From Candidatus Pacearchaeota archaeon (GTDB lineage Archaea > Nanobdellota > Nanobdellia > Pacearchaeales > GW2011-AR1), in assembly GCA_038869895.1 (NCBI GenBank), contig JAWCQE010000001.1:121879-185878 (forward strand): a DNA stretch of 64,000 bases. Reading direction: 5' to 3'. Shown in pieces: positions 1-9,332 of this stretch. The number at the start of each line of letters is the position of its first letter. Positions within the stretch are counted from its first letter, which is position 1. The translations under genes were made by a program, and so were the position numbers. The notes beneath the pieces were generated by a model. The model was given only the letters and a program-made list of their open reading frames with translations. It was not told the origin of the DNA and searched no databases.

Positions 1-330
1 CGAAGGGTTCTTTGGCAATTGAGTAATGGCATGAGAGCTGGAAGTGATATTAGTGTTGTTGTAAAAGAAGAGATAAAAAATCTTGGAGAGGAACAGGCAA
101 TACAGATACAAAGTTATGGAGGTAAATTAAATCCTTTGGTTATGTTTTTTATGATTATCGCAGTAATTCTTCCGACTCTGGGAACAACATTCTTAATAAT
201 AATTGCTTCAATTATTGGCATTTCCGGAAATATGGTGAAATTAATGTTTATATCAATATTCATTTTTATATTGTTTGTCCAAATAATGTTTCTTGGACTA
301 ATTAAATCTAGGAGGCCAAGCTTAATATGA
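1..330 (+). CDS. T2SSF-domain membrane protein, 5'-partial (TadB/TadC/FlaJ-like)
   Basis: The frame is open from base 1, so the gene continues upstream of the window. The C-terminal hydrophobic helices resemble the end of a type II secretion system F (T2SSF) domain. It overlaps the next T2SSF-domain gene by 4 nt (ATGA). Confidence 0.45.
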   Translation, partial: RRVLWQLSNGMRAGSDISVVVKEEIKNLGEEQAIQIQSYGGKLNPLVMFFMIIAVILPTLGTTFLIIIASIIGISGNMVKLMFISIFIFILFVQIMFLGLIKSRRPSLI

Positions 331-1289
331 ATACTTTGAGATTTTATCCGGAATCTGTAAGGATAATTTACGAGAAAAATATAAAAAATTCTGGAATTAA
401 AATTTCTCCTGAAAAATTCCACAATAGGGTAATTTTAATTTCATTTTTAGCTATGGTTATTGCATCAACAATATTTTATTTTTTTAACATTAATATGTTT
501 TATTCAGTCATTATTTTTATATTACTAAATATTTTTTTCTATTTTAACATAAGTTTAAGAGCAAGCACAAGAATAAGGAAGATGGAGGAAGTTTTTCCTG
601 ACGTAATTTCTTTAACTGCAAGCAATTTGAGATCTGGGATTACTATTGATAGAGCATTTTTACTTTCCTCAAGGCCGGAATTTTCTCCTTTAGATGAAGA
701 GATTCTTAAAACTGGAAAAGATATAGCAACAGGAAAAGACATTTCATATTCTCTAAAAAAAATGAGTGAAAGAATAAATTCAGAAAAAATATCAAAAGTG
801 GTTACATTAATAACTTCTGGATTAAAATCTGGAGGGAATATTGCAGATTTGCTTGAACAGACTTCAAGTAATATGAAAGAAAAAGAATTTATAGAAAAAA
901 GAGTTGCCTCAAATATTTTAATGTACGTCATATTCATATTTTTTGCCATTGGTATTGGGGCACCAGTATTATTTGCGCTTAGTTCTGTCCTCGTTGATGT
1001 AATGCTTAATATAACTTCCAAAATTCCCGAGATACCATCCTCTCAACTTCAATTGCCTTTAACATTTAAACAAATTCCAGTTTCGCCAAATTTTGTTATG
1101 TATTTTGGTATACTTTTTATGTTAGTTACTGATTTAATATCAAGTCTTGTGATAGGATTTGTAAATAAAGGAGATGGAAAATCAGGACTTAAGTATTTTA
1201 TTCCACTTGTAACTTTTTCTTTATTAGTTTACTTTTTTGTTAAAAAAATAATCTCGAAATTTGTTATAGATTCTATCTCGGGAATCTAG
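327..1289 (+). CDS. T2SSF-domain pilus-assembly membrane protein (TadC/FlaJ-like)
   Basis: Cytoplasmic T2SSF-like block (...DVISLTASNLRSGITIDRAF...LITSGLKSGGNIADLLE...) flanked by transmembrane helices, the usual platform-protein architecture. Confidence 0.7.
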   Translation: MNTLRFYPESVRIIYEKNIKNSGIKISPEKFHNRVILISFLAMVIASTIFYFFNINMFYSVIIFILLNIFFYFNISLRASTRIRKMEEVFPDVISLTASNLRSGITIDRAFLLSSRPEFSPLDEEILKTGKDIATGKDISYSLKKMSERINSEKISKVVTLITSGLKSGGNIADLLEQTSSNMKEKEFIEKRVASNILMYVIFIFFAIGIGAPVLFALSSVLVDVMLNITSKIPEIPSSQLQLPLTFKQIPVSPNFVMYFGILFMLVTDLISSLVIGFVNKGDGKSGLKYFIPLVTFSLLVYFFVKKIISKFVIDSISGI

Positions 1290-1341
1290 CTTTGTTTAAA
1301 AGGAGAGATATGTTTAAAAATGACTTTTATTTTAAATTAAT

Positions 1342-2127
1342 ATGAAATTAAGAAAAAAGAGAAGTAATTCTAAGGTAAAAATTGGTAAGAAATTAAATAA
1401 AAAAAAGCAAAGTGAAAAAAATAAAAAAATAGATGAAAAATTAAAGAGAGTGTCAAGTGGGATTAAAAAATTTGACAAAATGACTTCTGGAGGTTTTGAA
1501 GAGAATTCAACGAATCTTGTTATTGGAGGAGATGGAAGCGGGAAAACCATCTTTGCCATGAGTTTTTTAATAGAAGGGATAAAAAGAGGAGAAAATGTCC
1601 TATATATAAATTTTGAGGAATCAAAGGAAAATTTTTTTAGAAATATGTTAGGACTTGGATGGGATTTAAGCAAGTTTGAAAGTTCTGGGAGATTCACTTT
1701 TCTTGAATATTCTCCTGAAAAAATAAAAATGATGATTGATGAAGGTGGAGGGGTTGTTGAGGAGATAATATTAAAAAATAAAATAAAAAGACTCGTAATT
1801 GATAGCTTGACAAGTTTTTTGATTTTATTTCCTTCAAAGCAACTTAAAAGACAAGCTATTTCATCTTTGTTTAATCTTATAGAAAAATGGGATTGTACAA
1901 GCATTTTGACTTTGCAGGAATTTTCAGAAGAAATTAAGAACAAAAGAGATTCTGAAGCAGAAAGCCAGGCAGATAGTATAATTCTTCTCTATCTTATAAA
2001 GGTAAAAAATGAAAGAAAAAGATTTATTGAAGTCTTAAAGATGAGGGGAACAAGACATTCAACAGGAACTTATGAATTCAAAATTAAAAAAGGAATTGAA
2101 ATAGGAAATAAGAAAATAATAAAATAA
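1342..2127 (+). CDS. KaiC/RecA-superfamily ATPase (FlaH/KaiC-like)
   Basis: Walker A motif GGDGSGKT sits in a KaiC-like context (FDKMTSGGF...LVIGG.GSGKTIFAMSF). Walker B-like LVIDSLT follows. It is co-oriented with the T2SSF genes. Confidence 0.7.
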   Translation: MKLRKKRSNSKVKIGKKLNKKKQSEKNKKIDEKLKRVSSGIKKFDKMTSGGFEENSTNLVIGGDGSGKTIFAMSFLIEGIKRGENVLYINFEESKENFFRNMLGLGWDLSKFESSGRFTFLEYSPEKIKMMIDEGGGVVEEIILKNKIKRLVIDSLTSFLILFPSKQLKRQAISSLFNLIEKWDCTSILTLQEFSEEIKNKRDSEAESQADSIILLYLIKVKNERKRFIEVLKMRGTRHSTGTYEFKIKKGIEIGNKKIIK

Positions 2128-2137
2128 TTAAACGTAA

Positions 2138-2569
2138 TTAAACTGCATCAACTAGGTTTCCAGTCGATGTTAAATTAAGGGCACTTCCTTGCTTTTTGTA
2201 TGTTATCTTTATGTCTCCTTGGAATTTTTGTCCTGCAGTTAGCGTGCATGGAACAGTAAATGTTGTTAAATTTCCATTATTTATGTCTTGTGGAAGAGTT
2301 GGACTTACAGTTCCTGTACATCCTGCAACAGTTATATCTGTTATAGACAATTGTTCTCCAGCTCCATGTATTAATTCTAATTGTATACCAGACGTTTCGG
2401 CAACCCCATTACATGAAAAAGGGGGGCTAAGACTACATCTATTTGGTACATAAGTTTTTGGATTGAAAACTCCAAAAAATGCAAGAGCTGCAATGACTAT
2501 AACTGCTGCTAAAATAGCCCAGCCATACGTCATCAAAAATTCCATCGCGGCCTGTCCTCTTTTTTTCAT
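2138..2569 (-). CDS. Archaeal type IV pilin (class III signal peptide), probable major pilin
   Basis: N-terminus MKKRGQAAMEFLMTYGWAILAAVIVIAALAFF matches a prepilin-peptidase site followed by a hydrophobic helix. A strong SD (GGAGGT) precedes the ATG. The gene has its own 257-bp upstream region. Confidence 0.75.
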   Translation of the reverse strand: MKKRGQAAMEFLMTYGWAILAAVIVIAALAFFGVFNPKTYVPNRCSLSPPFSCNGVAETSGIQLELIHGAGEQLSITDITVAGCTGTVSPTLPQDINNGNLTTFTVPCTLTAGQKFQGDIKITYKKQGSALNLTSTGNLVDAV

Positions 2570-2826
2570 AAGTAACCTCCTTTGTATTAAGATAATAAAA
2601 TTATGTTAAATTCGTTTATAAACATTTCTGTTAGTTGACTCTTTTATTATTAGTTAGTAGAAGATAATAAAGAGAGAAACCTTTGTCTTTTTTATAAAAG
2701 TTAATAGTGTAAAAACTGCTAATTTTTTGAATTTTACTTTTTCAAATCTTTATTAATACTTTTATTCTTTCAAATTAATCTTTGATAGATTTTTTTAATT
2801 GACAATATCCTTTTGAAATTATTGTT

Positions 2827-3744
2827 TTAAGAGGCTGTTGCGTTGTAAATTTCTAAATGTCCTGAATCGAGCTTAAACCATGATGGCATTCCTTGTATTT
2901 GATGTGGTTGTGGATTGAGTGATGAAAAGTATATATAGTCGACGATAGATTTTTGCTTTACTTGAATCCCTTGATTTTCTAATTTTGGTAAATATACAAG
3001 AGATTCAATCCCATATTGGTTTGGAGTAATTTTTCCTTCTATTCTGTCAAGAAAACTCGGAGATAAATTCGAGGAGATATAATATGAATTTTTAGTATGT
3101 TCAATAAGTACCGAGGTATTGTTGCTTGGAAAGGCATCGTATATTGTTTTATTTATTTTATTTGAAATCTTTCCATTAGTATTTATAAAATATATTGGAT
3201 CTTCAAATCCTTCAATTGGGATTGTTGCAGTTATATTTTGGATTTTATTCCATCTTGCAAGATTAGATTTATCCTCCATAATAAAATTTGAAATGAAGGT
3301 GATTTTGACATTCCAAGGGTCACTTTGGTATACATAAATTGAAGAATTTGACATGTTAATTATAACATTAATTTTTCCAGCCTTCTCATTTATTGAGTCA
3401 ATTAAATCTCTATATCTTGCCCCAAGTAAGATGTCATTCTCTTCACCATTAACCGTTCCATTAAAAAAAGATTCATTAAAAAAATAATTTATGTCATTGA
3501 TGTAATTGCCAGATTTTATTATCTCATCTTCAGCAATGAAAATTATTCTAAATCCAGAAATAAAAATCTGTCTTTCAAGATTTAATTCAATAGAATTAAG
3601 AAAATTTTCCATTGTTGAGATTCTTGTCGCAGTTGAGTACCTTTGTTGAGATATTGAAAATACTTCAAATGTAATAAAAATAAGTATAATTAAAAATATT
3701 GCTATTAAAGTCATTACTTGTGCTTTTTTATTTTTTATTTTCAT
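2827..3744 (-). CDS. Pilin-like protein (class III signal peptide-like N-terminus)
   Basis: N-terminus MKIKNKKAQVMTLIAIFLIILIFITF matches the KKAQ-plus-hydrophobic pattern. It sits in the same minus-strand pilin operon. Confidence 0.5.
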   Translation of the reverse strand: MKIKNKKAQVMTLIAIFLIILIFITFEVFSISQQRYSTATRISTMENFLNSIELNLERQIFISGFRIIFIAEDEIIKSGNYINDINYFFNESFFNGTVNGEENDILLGARYRDLIDSINEKAGKINVIINMSNSSIYVYQSDPWNVKITFISNFIMEDKSNLARWNKIQNITATIPIEGFEDPIYFINTNGKISNKINKTIYDAFPSNNTSVLIEHTKNSYYISSNLSPSFLDRIEGKITPNQYGIESLVYLPKLENQGIQVKQKSIVDYIYFSSLNPQPHQIQGMPSWFKLDSGHLEIYNATAS

Positions 3745-3745
3745 T

Positions 3746-6208
3746 TTATCTCCAAACTCTTACTTGTACTTCTGTATCCCATGTGAAAGGTATGCCTTGT
3801 ATTTCCGAAGTGGTTAATGAAATGTCATTCTCTGTAAATTTAGTTTCAATTTTATTGTTTGAATTTAAATCAAGGTTTGTTAGAAGTCTATAAATTGCGA
3901 GATTTATTGCATCATTATTATTATATGCTATTGAATGAGAAGTATAGGAGCATTCATTTTGGCCAGAGTAGTTTGACGGAACTAATATTGTTGAATTCTC
4001 TCCATTTTCAAATTCAATATTCCATGCACATCCTTCGGCACTTGCTACTATTGGGGAGAATGATAACATTTTTTTGACTACTCTGTAAATTATTTTATTG
4101 TGTTCAGAACCCCCTGTTGAATTGTTTGGATTTAGCGCTGTTGATATTCTTATTTTATTTTCTCCGCTTAATATTTTTTCTGAAGGAATATTGACTGCAA
4201 ATGGATCTCCTAAAAATATATATGGAAGATTAAATTTTGACAAGTCGAAAATTTCTTCCCAGATACTTAAATTATAATTGTAAATTTGGACTTTATCTGT
4301 CCATTTTGAGCCAGAATATGAGATTGCAATAATTTCATATGGAGTTACATCTTCTGGAATAAATAATTCTCCTTCTGAAATTGTATTCCCGAACTCTTCA
4401 GTTTCGGCACTTATTATTAATCCATAAGGTGTTGAATCGCTATAATTTAGTTTAATGTATGAATCTGGATAGAGTGTTGATTTTATATTTTCAGAAATAA
4501 TTGTCTGCTCAAAATAAAGTGAATTTAGGATATCTTCCGCTATTTCAGAATATACAGATATTAATTCTTCAATATTTGAATGATAATAATTACCATTCCC
4601 ACATGATGCCATTGATTGAAGTGTTGTTTCATCCGCATTATCTCCAAAACCAACTGTATGTATTGTAATATTATGGTTATTGTATGCTTCACAAGCTGCT
4701 CTTATTGCATCTGCTGTAGCGCTGTTACTTCCAGGATAACATGTTCCTTGCATATTTCCGTCAGTCATTACAATCATAAATTTTTTTCTTGATTGCATTG
4801 ACTGAGCGACGAAACTTCCTGTGGCATTTATTACCCCACAACATACACAATTTCCAGCTTTTGTAGTCCATGAATTTATTGTATTATTTAATGAAATTAT
4901 GTTATTTGAAAGAGGATGATAATTGTTTGGATTTACTCCGCTGTTGTATCCAACTAAACCAACTCTATTTAAATCTAATTCTAAAACTATCTCTATAAGT
5001 CTTCTATTGGCATTTCTTGCTAAATCTATCATTTTTATTCCAAGAGAAGGAATATTACTATTCATGCTTGAGGATAAATCAGTCACTGAAAAAATATCCG
5101 CCCCTATATTTTGAGTTATTTGATAAGAAACATTTTCAAGTCCGAGCCTCAAAGGGATTGTTTTTCTGCTTAATTTTGAATAATCAAACATTTGTGTTAA
5201 ATTTGAATTTGGTATGATAATCTCAAAATCCCTCCCTCCGCTATTTCCATTATAAATTGTTATATTTCCAATTGTCATAAAAATATTTTGTGAACTATTG
5301 TAATGCAGAAAAATTTCCATTGATGTAAGATTTCCTAAAATGTAAAAGCTATCATAAATATTAATTAGTCCATCTATTCCCGGTAAATTTTTTTTTGATT
5401 CAAGTGTAGTAAGTTCTTCTTCATTATAAATTATCTTAACAAATCCCCCTCCGATGAATAAATTTCCGTTTTTCCCAACAAAAGTTAATTTATTTTTTTC
5501 GTTGTTAACTTGTGATAGATTTCCGAGTATGACGAATTTGTAAATTTCATTTGATTGAATATCGTGTTCTCCTACAAACTGGTTATTTATATATAAATAA
5601 AAGTCTTCAGAGAATATAGCTTCAACATATATACTCTCTATTTTACCATCACTTTCGAGAGTTATATTGCCATCACCAACATAACCCCCAAAATAAATAT
5701 ATTTTACTTTACTTGAAGATGATAAAAAGGCTCTTGAAGAATATCCTTTAACAGATTCTCCTTGTTTTATCCCAGATATTATTTGACGAGATGTCCAAAC
5801 ATCTTCTGCTTCTGATATTTCTTTTGATGAATTTTCTGCAATTAAAACATTACTAAAATAAATGGCTATATTATCATTTAAATTTATTTCATTTAAAATC
5901 TCTTGAGTCATAAGTGTTGCTTCAGGTTTTGACAACGCATAAAATTCTCCAATTTGTTCGAGAACTGATTGATTCAAATCTTTTATTTTTCCTTCAGAGA
6001 TTAATTGATTCACATAATCATTATCAATTTTTCCTATTTCAAGAGATGAAAGAGAATTTAATAAATCTTGTTGGACATATTTTTGTGTTATTTTTTGGTT
6101 GGTAGGAGGAGTTACACTTAGAATCACGATAATTATAATTATTAGGGCTATAAGTGCATCTAAACTAAAATAATATCCTTTCTTCCCATTTATAAGGTTA
6201 AATTTCAT
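3746..6208 (-). CDS. Large pilin-like protein with von Willebrand factor A (vWA) domain, putative pilus tip adhesin
   Basis: N-terminal GKKGYYFSLDALIALIIIIIVIL looks like a class III signal. The internal vWA domain shows a MIDAS DxSxS motif (FSVTDLSSSM), then MIVMTDG and TVGFG downstream. Confidence 0.65.
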   Translation of the reverse strand: MKFNLINGKKGYYFSLDALIALIIIIIVILSVTPPTNQKITQKYVQQDLLNSLSSLEIGKIDNDYVNQLISEGKIKDLNQSVLEQIGEFYALSKPEATLMTQEILNEINLNDNIAIYFSNVLIAENSSKEISEAEDVWTSRQIISGIKQGESVKGYSSRAFLSSSSKVKYIYFGGYVGDGNITLESDGKIESIYVEAIFSEDFYLYINNQFVGEHDIQSNEIYKFVILGNLSQVNNEKNKLTFVGKNGNLFIGGGFVKIIYNEEELTTLESKKNLPGIDGLINIYDSFYILGNLTSMEIFLHYNSSQNIFMTIGNITIYNGNSGGRDFEIIIPNSNLTQMFDYSKLSRKTIPLRLGLENVSYQITQNIGADIFSVTDLSSSMNSNIPSLGIKMIDLARNANRRLIEIVLELDLNRVGLVGYNSGVNPNNYHPLSNNIISLNNTINSWTTKAGNCVCCGVINATGSFVAQSMQSRKKFMIVMTDGNMQGTCYPGSNSATADAIRAACEAYNNHNITIHTVGFGDNADETTLQSMASCGNGNYYHSNIEELISVYSEIAEDILNSLYFEQTIISENIKSTLYPDSYIKLNYSDSTPYGLIISAETEEFGNTISEGELFIPEDVTPYEIIAISYSGSKWTDKVQIYNYNLSIWEEIFDLSKFNLPYIFLGDPFAVNIPSEKILSGENKIRISTALNPNNSTGGSEHNKIIYRVVKKMLSFSPIVASAEGCAWNIEFENGENSTILVPSNYSGQNECSYTSHSIAYNNNDAINLAIYRLLTNLDLNSNNKIETKFTENDISLTTSEIQGIPFTWDTEVQVRVWR

Positions 6209-6672
6209 TTCCAGACATAAAGATTAAATTTAATTAGTTTATTTTTATAGACGCTGATTCTTTCTATTTTTATTAAATTCTCAATTTTGGTTGAATTTAT
6301 TCTTCCAATATATTCTTTTTGAGTTCCATTGATTTCAAGATTGTCTATTGTAAAATAGAAATCGTCTTTGACTCCAAGACGTCTCTTTAGTAATTCATAA
6401 TTTGAATTGTAGAAGTTTTCTAATTTAGTTTGATTTATTATATTATCTGATAGAATTCCGCTTTCATCATTATTTAATATCAATTCTGAAGCAGTTCTTC
6501 CTTGATTAAGTAAGTCGTCAAGTTGATTCCCTGCTTGATTTGCATAGTTGATTGTAAATATAAAAAGCATGATTATGCCAGATGTAAATATAATCATTGC
6601 AATAATTATATCCAGACTCCATGCCTGTGCTTTCTTTTTATTTCCTTTATTGATTAAGATAAACTTCACCAT
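6205..6672 (-). CDS. Pilin-like protein
   Basis: N-terminal KKKAQAWSLDIIIAMIIFTSGIIMLFIF resembles a class III signal. It overlaps the neighbouring pilin-like genes, as expected in an operon. Confidence 0.5.
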   Translation of the reverse strand: MVKFILINKGNKKKAQAWSLDIIIAMIIFTSGIIMLFIFTINYANQAGNQLDDLLNQGRTASELILNNDESGILSDNIINQTKLENFYNSNYELLKRRLGVKDDFYFTIDNLEINGTQKEYIGRINSTKIENLIKIERISVYKNKLIKFNLYVWK

Positions 6673-7036
6673 TTTCTTTCTTTATAATATTTTCTCCTTT
6701 TAGTATCTCTCCGTTTACAGGAACAATATTATAAAGAACTCCAGTATCTTCAGTATACACATATATGCTGTTGTTTACAATTTTTACTTCATAGTTTTTT
6801 CCAATTATAGTTTGAGGGAGATTAAATTTTCGGGAATAACCATTTGATGATTTTGATGCAAGAGCTATTTCCTCTCTGACATTAAGAGCTATATTTTGGA
6901 CAATTATGTTTTCTTTTTCTTTGTTCTTTTCATTTATATTTCCAGATATCACTCCAAGGAATAAAACAAAGAAGAAAAGTATAGCTCCAAAAATAACAAT
7001 GAATTCTATAATCCCTTGTCCTCTTTTATTTTTCAT
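6647..7036 (-). CDS. Pilin-like protein (class III signal peptide)
   Basis: N-terminus MKNKRGQGIIEFIVIFGAILFFFVLFLGV matches the class III signal pattern. Confidence 0.6.
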   Translation of the reverse strand: MKNKRGQGIIEFIVIFGAILFFFVLFLGVISGNINEKNKEKENIIVQNIALNVREEIALASKSSNGYSRKFNLPQTIIGKNYEVKIVNNSIYVYTEDTGVLYNIVPVNGEILKGENIIKKENGEVYLNQ

Positions 7037-7090
7037 TTAATATATTAAGATAACAGTTGATATGATTATATAAAAATTGCCTTAATAGAA

Positions 7091-8221
7091 TTACTTTAGT
7101 CCAAGATTAGCGAGAAGTTCTTCTTTTGAAAATTTTTCTAAATTTTTGTAATCTTGCCCTGTCCCTAGGAATAAGATTGGTTTTCCAGTTATATACCCTA
7201 TTGAGATTGCAGTTCCCCCTTTTTCATCTATGTCTGCTTTGGTTAAAATAGAACCATTAATTTCAAATAATTCATTGAATGATTTTGCCTGTTCAACAGC
7301 ATCATTACCTGTTATTGACTCAGCTATAAAAAGTTTTATATCAGGTTTGCAGACTCTTATTATCTTCTCCATCTCTTTCATTAGATTACTCTTAGTGTGC
7401 ATTCTTCCTGCAGTATCTATCATAACCACTTTTATCCCGTGTGATTTTGCATAAGAAATTGCGTCAAATGCAACTGCTGCTGGATCAGAACCATACTCAT
7501 GACTTATAACTTTAATCCCGAGGTTGTCACCATGCTTTTTTAGTTGTTCTATTGATGCTGCTCTGAAAGTATCTGAAGCTGCAAACACACACGAGATTTT
7601 GTGTTCATTGAGATAATATGCAAGTTTTGAAATAGTTGTTGTTTTGCCACTTCCGTTTATCCCAAAAAATAAAATAACAAAAGGGCCTTCTTTTTTCTCT
7701 CTTATTTTTTCAATAATATCAAATGGTTCTACAAGAATTCTTTTTATAGATTCTTTCAAAGAATTTTTGATTTCACTTTCAATTTCAGATTTTTTAATTT
7801 CAATATTCACAATATCCTTTTCCATATCTTCTTTTATTTTATCAACAACATTTAATGCTACATTATTCTCCAATAAAAGTGATTCCAATTCTTCAAAGAA
7901 TTCATCAAATATTTCCTTTGTTAAGCGCGATGTTGTAAATCTTCTTTTAATTCTTTCAAAAAATCCTTGTTCTTTTTCTAATTCAGGCTCTCCGATTTTT
8001 TCTTCAACTTGTTCTATTGAGTGTTCAAGTTTAATTGCGTTATCTTCTTTTAGTTTCTCTAAATCCTTTTTTTGTTTTTCAACACCTTCATATTTTTTTT
8101 CAGGTTCCTTTTCAATTTTTTCTTTTTTCTTGTCTTTTTCGTACTCTTCAGATTTTTCATCTTCTTTTTTTCCAAAGAATTTTGAAAGCTTTTCCTTTAA
8201 TGATTTGAACATTTTCTTCAA
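7091..8221 (-). CDS. ftsY: Signal recognition particle receptor FtsY
   Basis: SRP-GTPase NG domain motifs are present: GINGSGKTTTISKLA, DTAGR, TKAD. The N-terminus is an acidic K/E-rich region. Confidence 0.9.
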   Translation of the reverse strand: MKKMFKSLKEKLSKFFGKKEDEKSEEYEKDKKKEKIEKEPEKKYEGVEKQKKDLEKLKEDNAIKLEHSIEQVEEKIGEPELEKEQGFFERIKRRFTTSRLTKEIFDEFFEELESLLLENNVALNVVDKIKEDMEKDIVNIEIKKSEIESEIKNSLKESIKRILVEPFDIIEKIREKKEGPFVILFFGINGSGKTTTISKLAYYLNEHKISCVFAASDTFRAASIEQLKKHGDNLGIKVISHEYGSDPAAVAFDAISYAKSHGIKVVMIDTAGRMHTKSNLMKEMEKIIRVCKPDIKLFIAESITGNDAVEQAKSFNELFEINGSILTKADIDEKGGTAISIGYITGKPILFLGTGQDYKNLEKFSKEELLANLGLK

Positions 8222-8318
8222 TATTGTATCTCCGAAAGATATATATATATTTCCATTGAATTAATATAAACGTTAGTACGAGTATAACCGGAAATATAAT
8301 CAGACAGAGTGATAATCC

Positions 8319-8375
8319 ACAAGGAACTTATCAGATTTATACTAAGTCTGAGGTTTATACTAAGTCTGAGGTAGA
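8319..8375. repeat. Tandem 18-bp direct repeat (TTTATACTAAGTCTGAGG x2 plus a partial copy)
   Basis: Read directly from the sequence. It encodes YTKSEV YTKSEV in the frame that runs into ORF 8467..8757. Confidence 0.8.
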
Positions 8376-8466
8376 TACGATTGTTCGGAACACTAAAAAT
8401 AATCTGTCTGCTTTCAACGATAGAATAGATCAAAAGATAAATTCATTAGATTATTATATCAGAGAA

Positions 8467-8757
8467 ATGGATTCCAAAATATATTCATGTGGTGCAAATT
8501 CGCCACAAGACTTTAATTTCAGAAGTGGAGAGAGTGTTTTTACCTCAGATGGAAAAGAAATCTCTGTTATTACTAAATATAATAATGGGACCGTGGTTTT
8601 TAAAGTTTCGGCACAGGATATTAATGAGACAATAGTTTCCATGGAAAAAAAGGGAACTTCTGCTTTAATCGACGGTAGTAAAATACAGCTTCATTCAGTC
8701 CAAACAGTAACCTCTCCTTATCGAATTTCTTATTACGATAAGTCTTGTAACATATAA
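8467..8757 (+). CDS. Hypothetical protein
   Basis: ORF only. The frame is open upstream back to ~8260 but has no ATG there, so the start is uncertain. Confidence 0.3.
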   Translation: MDSKIYSCGANSPQDFNFRSGESVFTSDGKEISVITKYNNGTVVFKVSAQDINETIVSMEKKGTSALIDGSKIQLHSVQTVTSPYRISYYDKSCNI

Positions 8758-8875
8758 TTTCCCTTTGACTAATCTATTTATTTTTTTCTTCTTTTTCTTT
8801 TTTAAATAAACCTTCCAGTTCTATTTAAATTGCAAACAAATTTAAACCCTAGAACACTTTATTTTAAAAGAGGGA

Positions 8876-9307
8876 ATGAATGATATGGCTCCAAATAATC
8901 CAGTTGATATCTCATATGATTTTGCACTAAAACTTAGAGATTTAGAAGAATCGCAGAAATTATCAAAAGAAAGACTTTTGCTTATAGGACAGAATCTAAT
9001 TGAAGCACAAGAGAAAAATATATCTGACATAACAGAGATTAAGAAGGCTATACAGAGTTTAAATGATGAATTAAAGAGAATAAAAAGTATTGTTTCAAAT
9101 TTGAGCGAGGAGATTTCAAAATCAGCGAGAAAAGAAGAACTTTCTATGGTTATAAAGCAGTGGAAAATGTTTGAACCTTTAGAGTTTGTTAGAATAAAAG
9201 ATTTGGATAGAGAAATAGATAAAAGATTAAAACACCATGGTAAGGAAACTTCGAAAGAAGAAACAAAAGAAAATGAAAAATATAAGTTTTGGTCAGGAAA
9301 ATTATAA
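8876..9307 (+). CDS. Hypothetical coiled-coil protein
   Basis: K/E-rich heptad-like sequence throughout. No recognisable motif. Confidence 0.4.
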   Translation: MNDMAPNNPVDISYDFALKLRDLEESQKLSKERLLLIGQNLIEAQEKNISDITEIKKAIQSLNDELKRIKSIVSNLSEEISKSARKEELSMVIKQWKMFEPLEFVRIKDLDREIDKRLKHHGKETSKEETKENEKYKFWSGKL

Positions 9308-9332
9308 AATGGAAATTCTTAGGAATTGGTAA

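Noticed and set aside
539-1943. Minus-strand ORFs 539..1021 and 1332..1943
   Set aside because: Antisense to the T2SSF and KaiC-like genes, which carry clear motifs. These have no motifs.
7644-8264. 206-aa S/F/I-rich ORF on + strand
   Set aside because: Antisense to ftsY. The composition is what a reverse-read K/E-rich gene produces.
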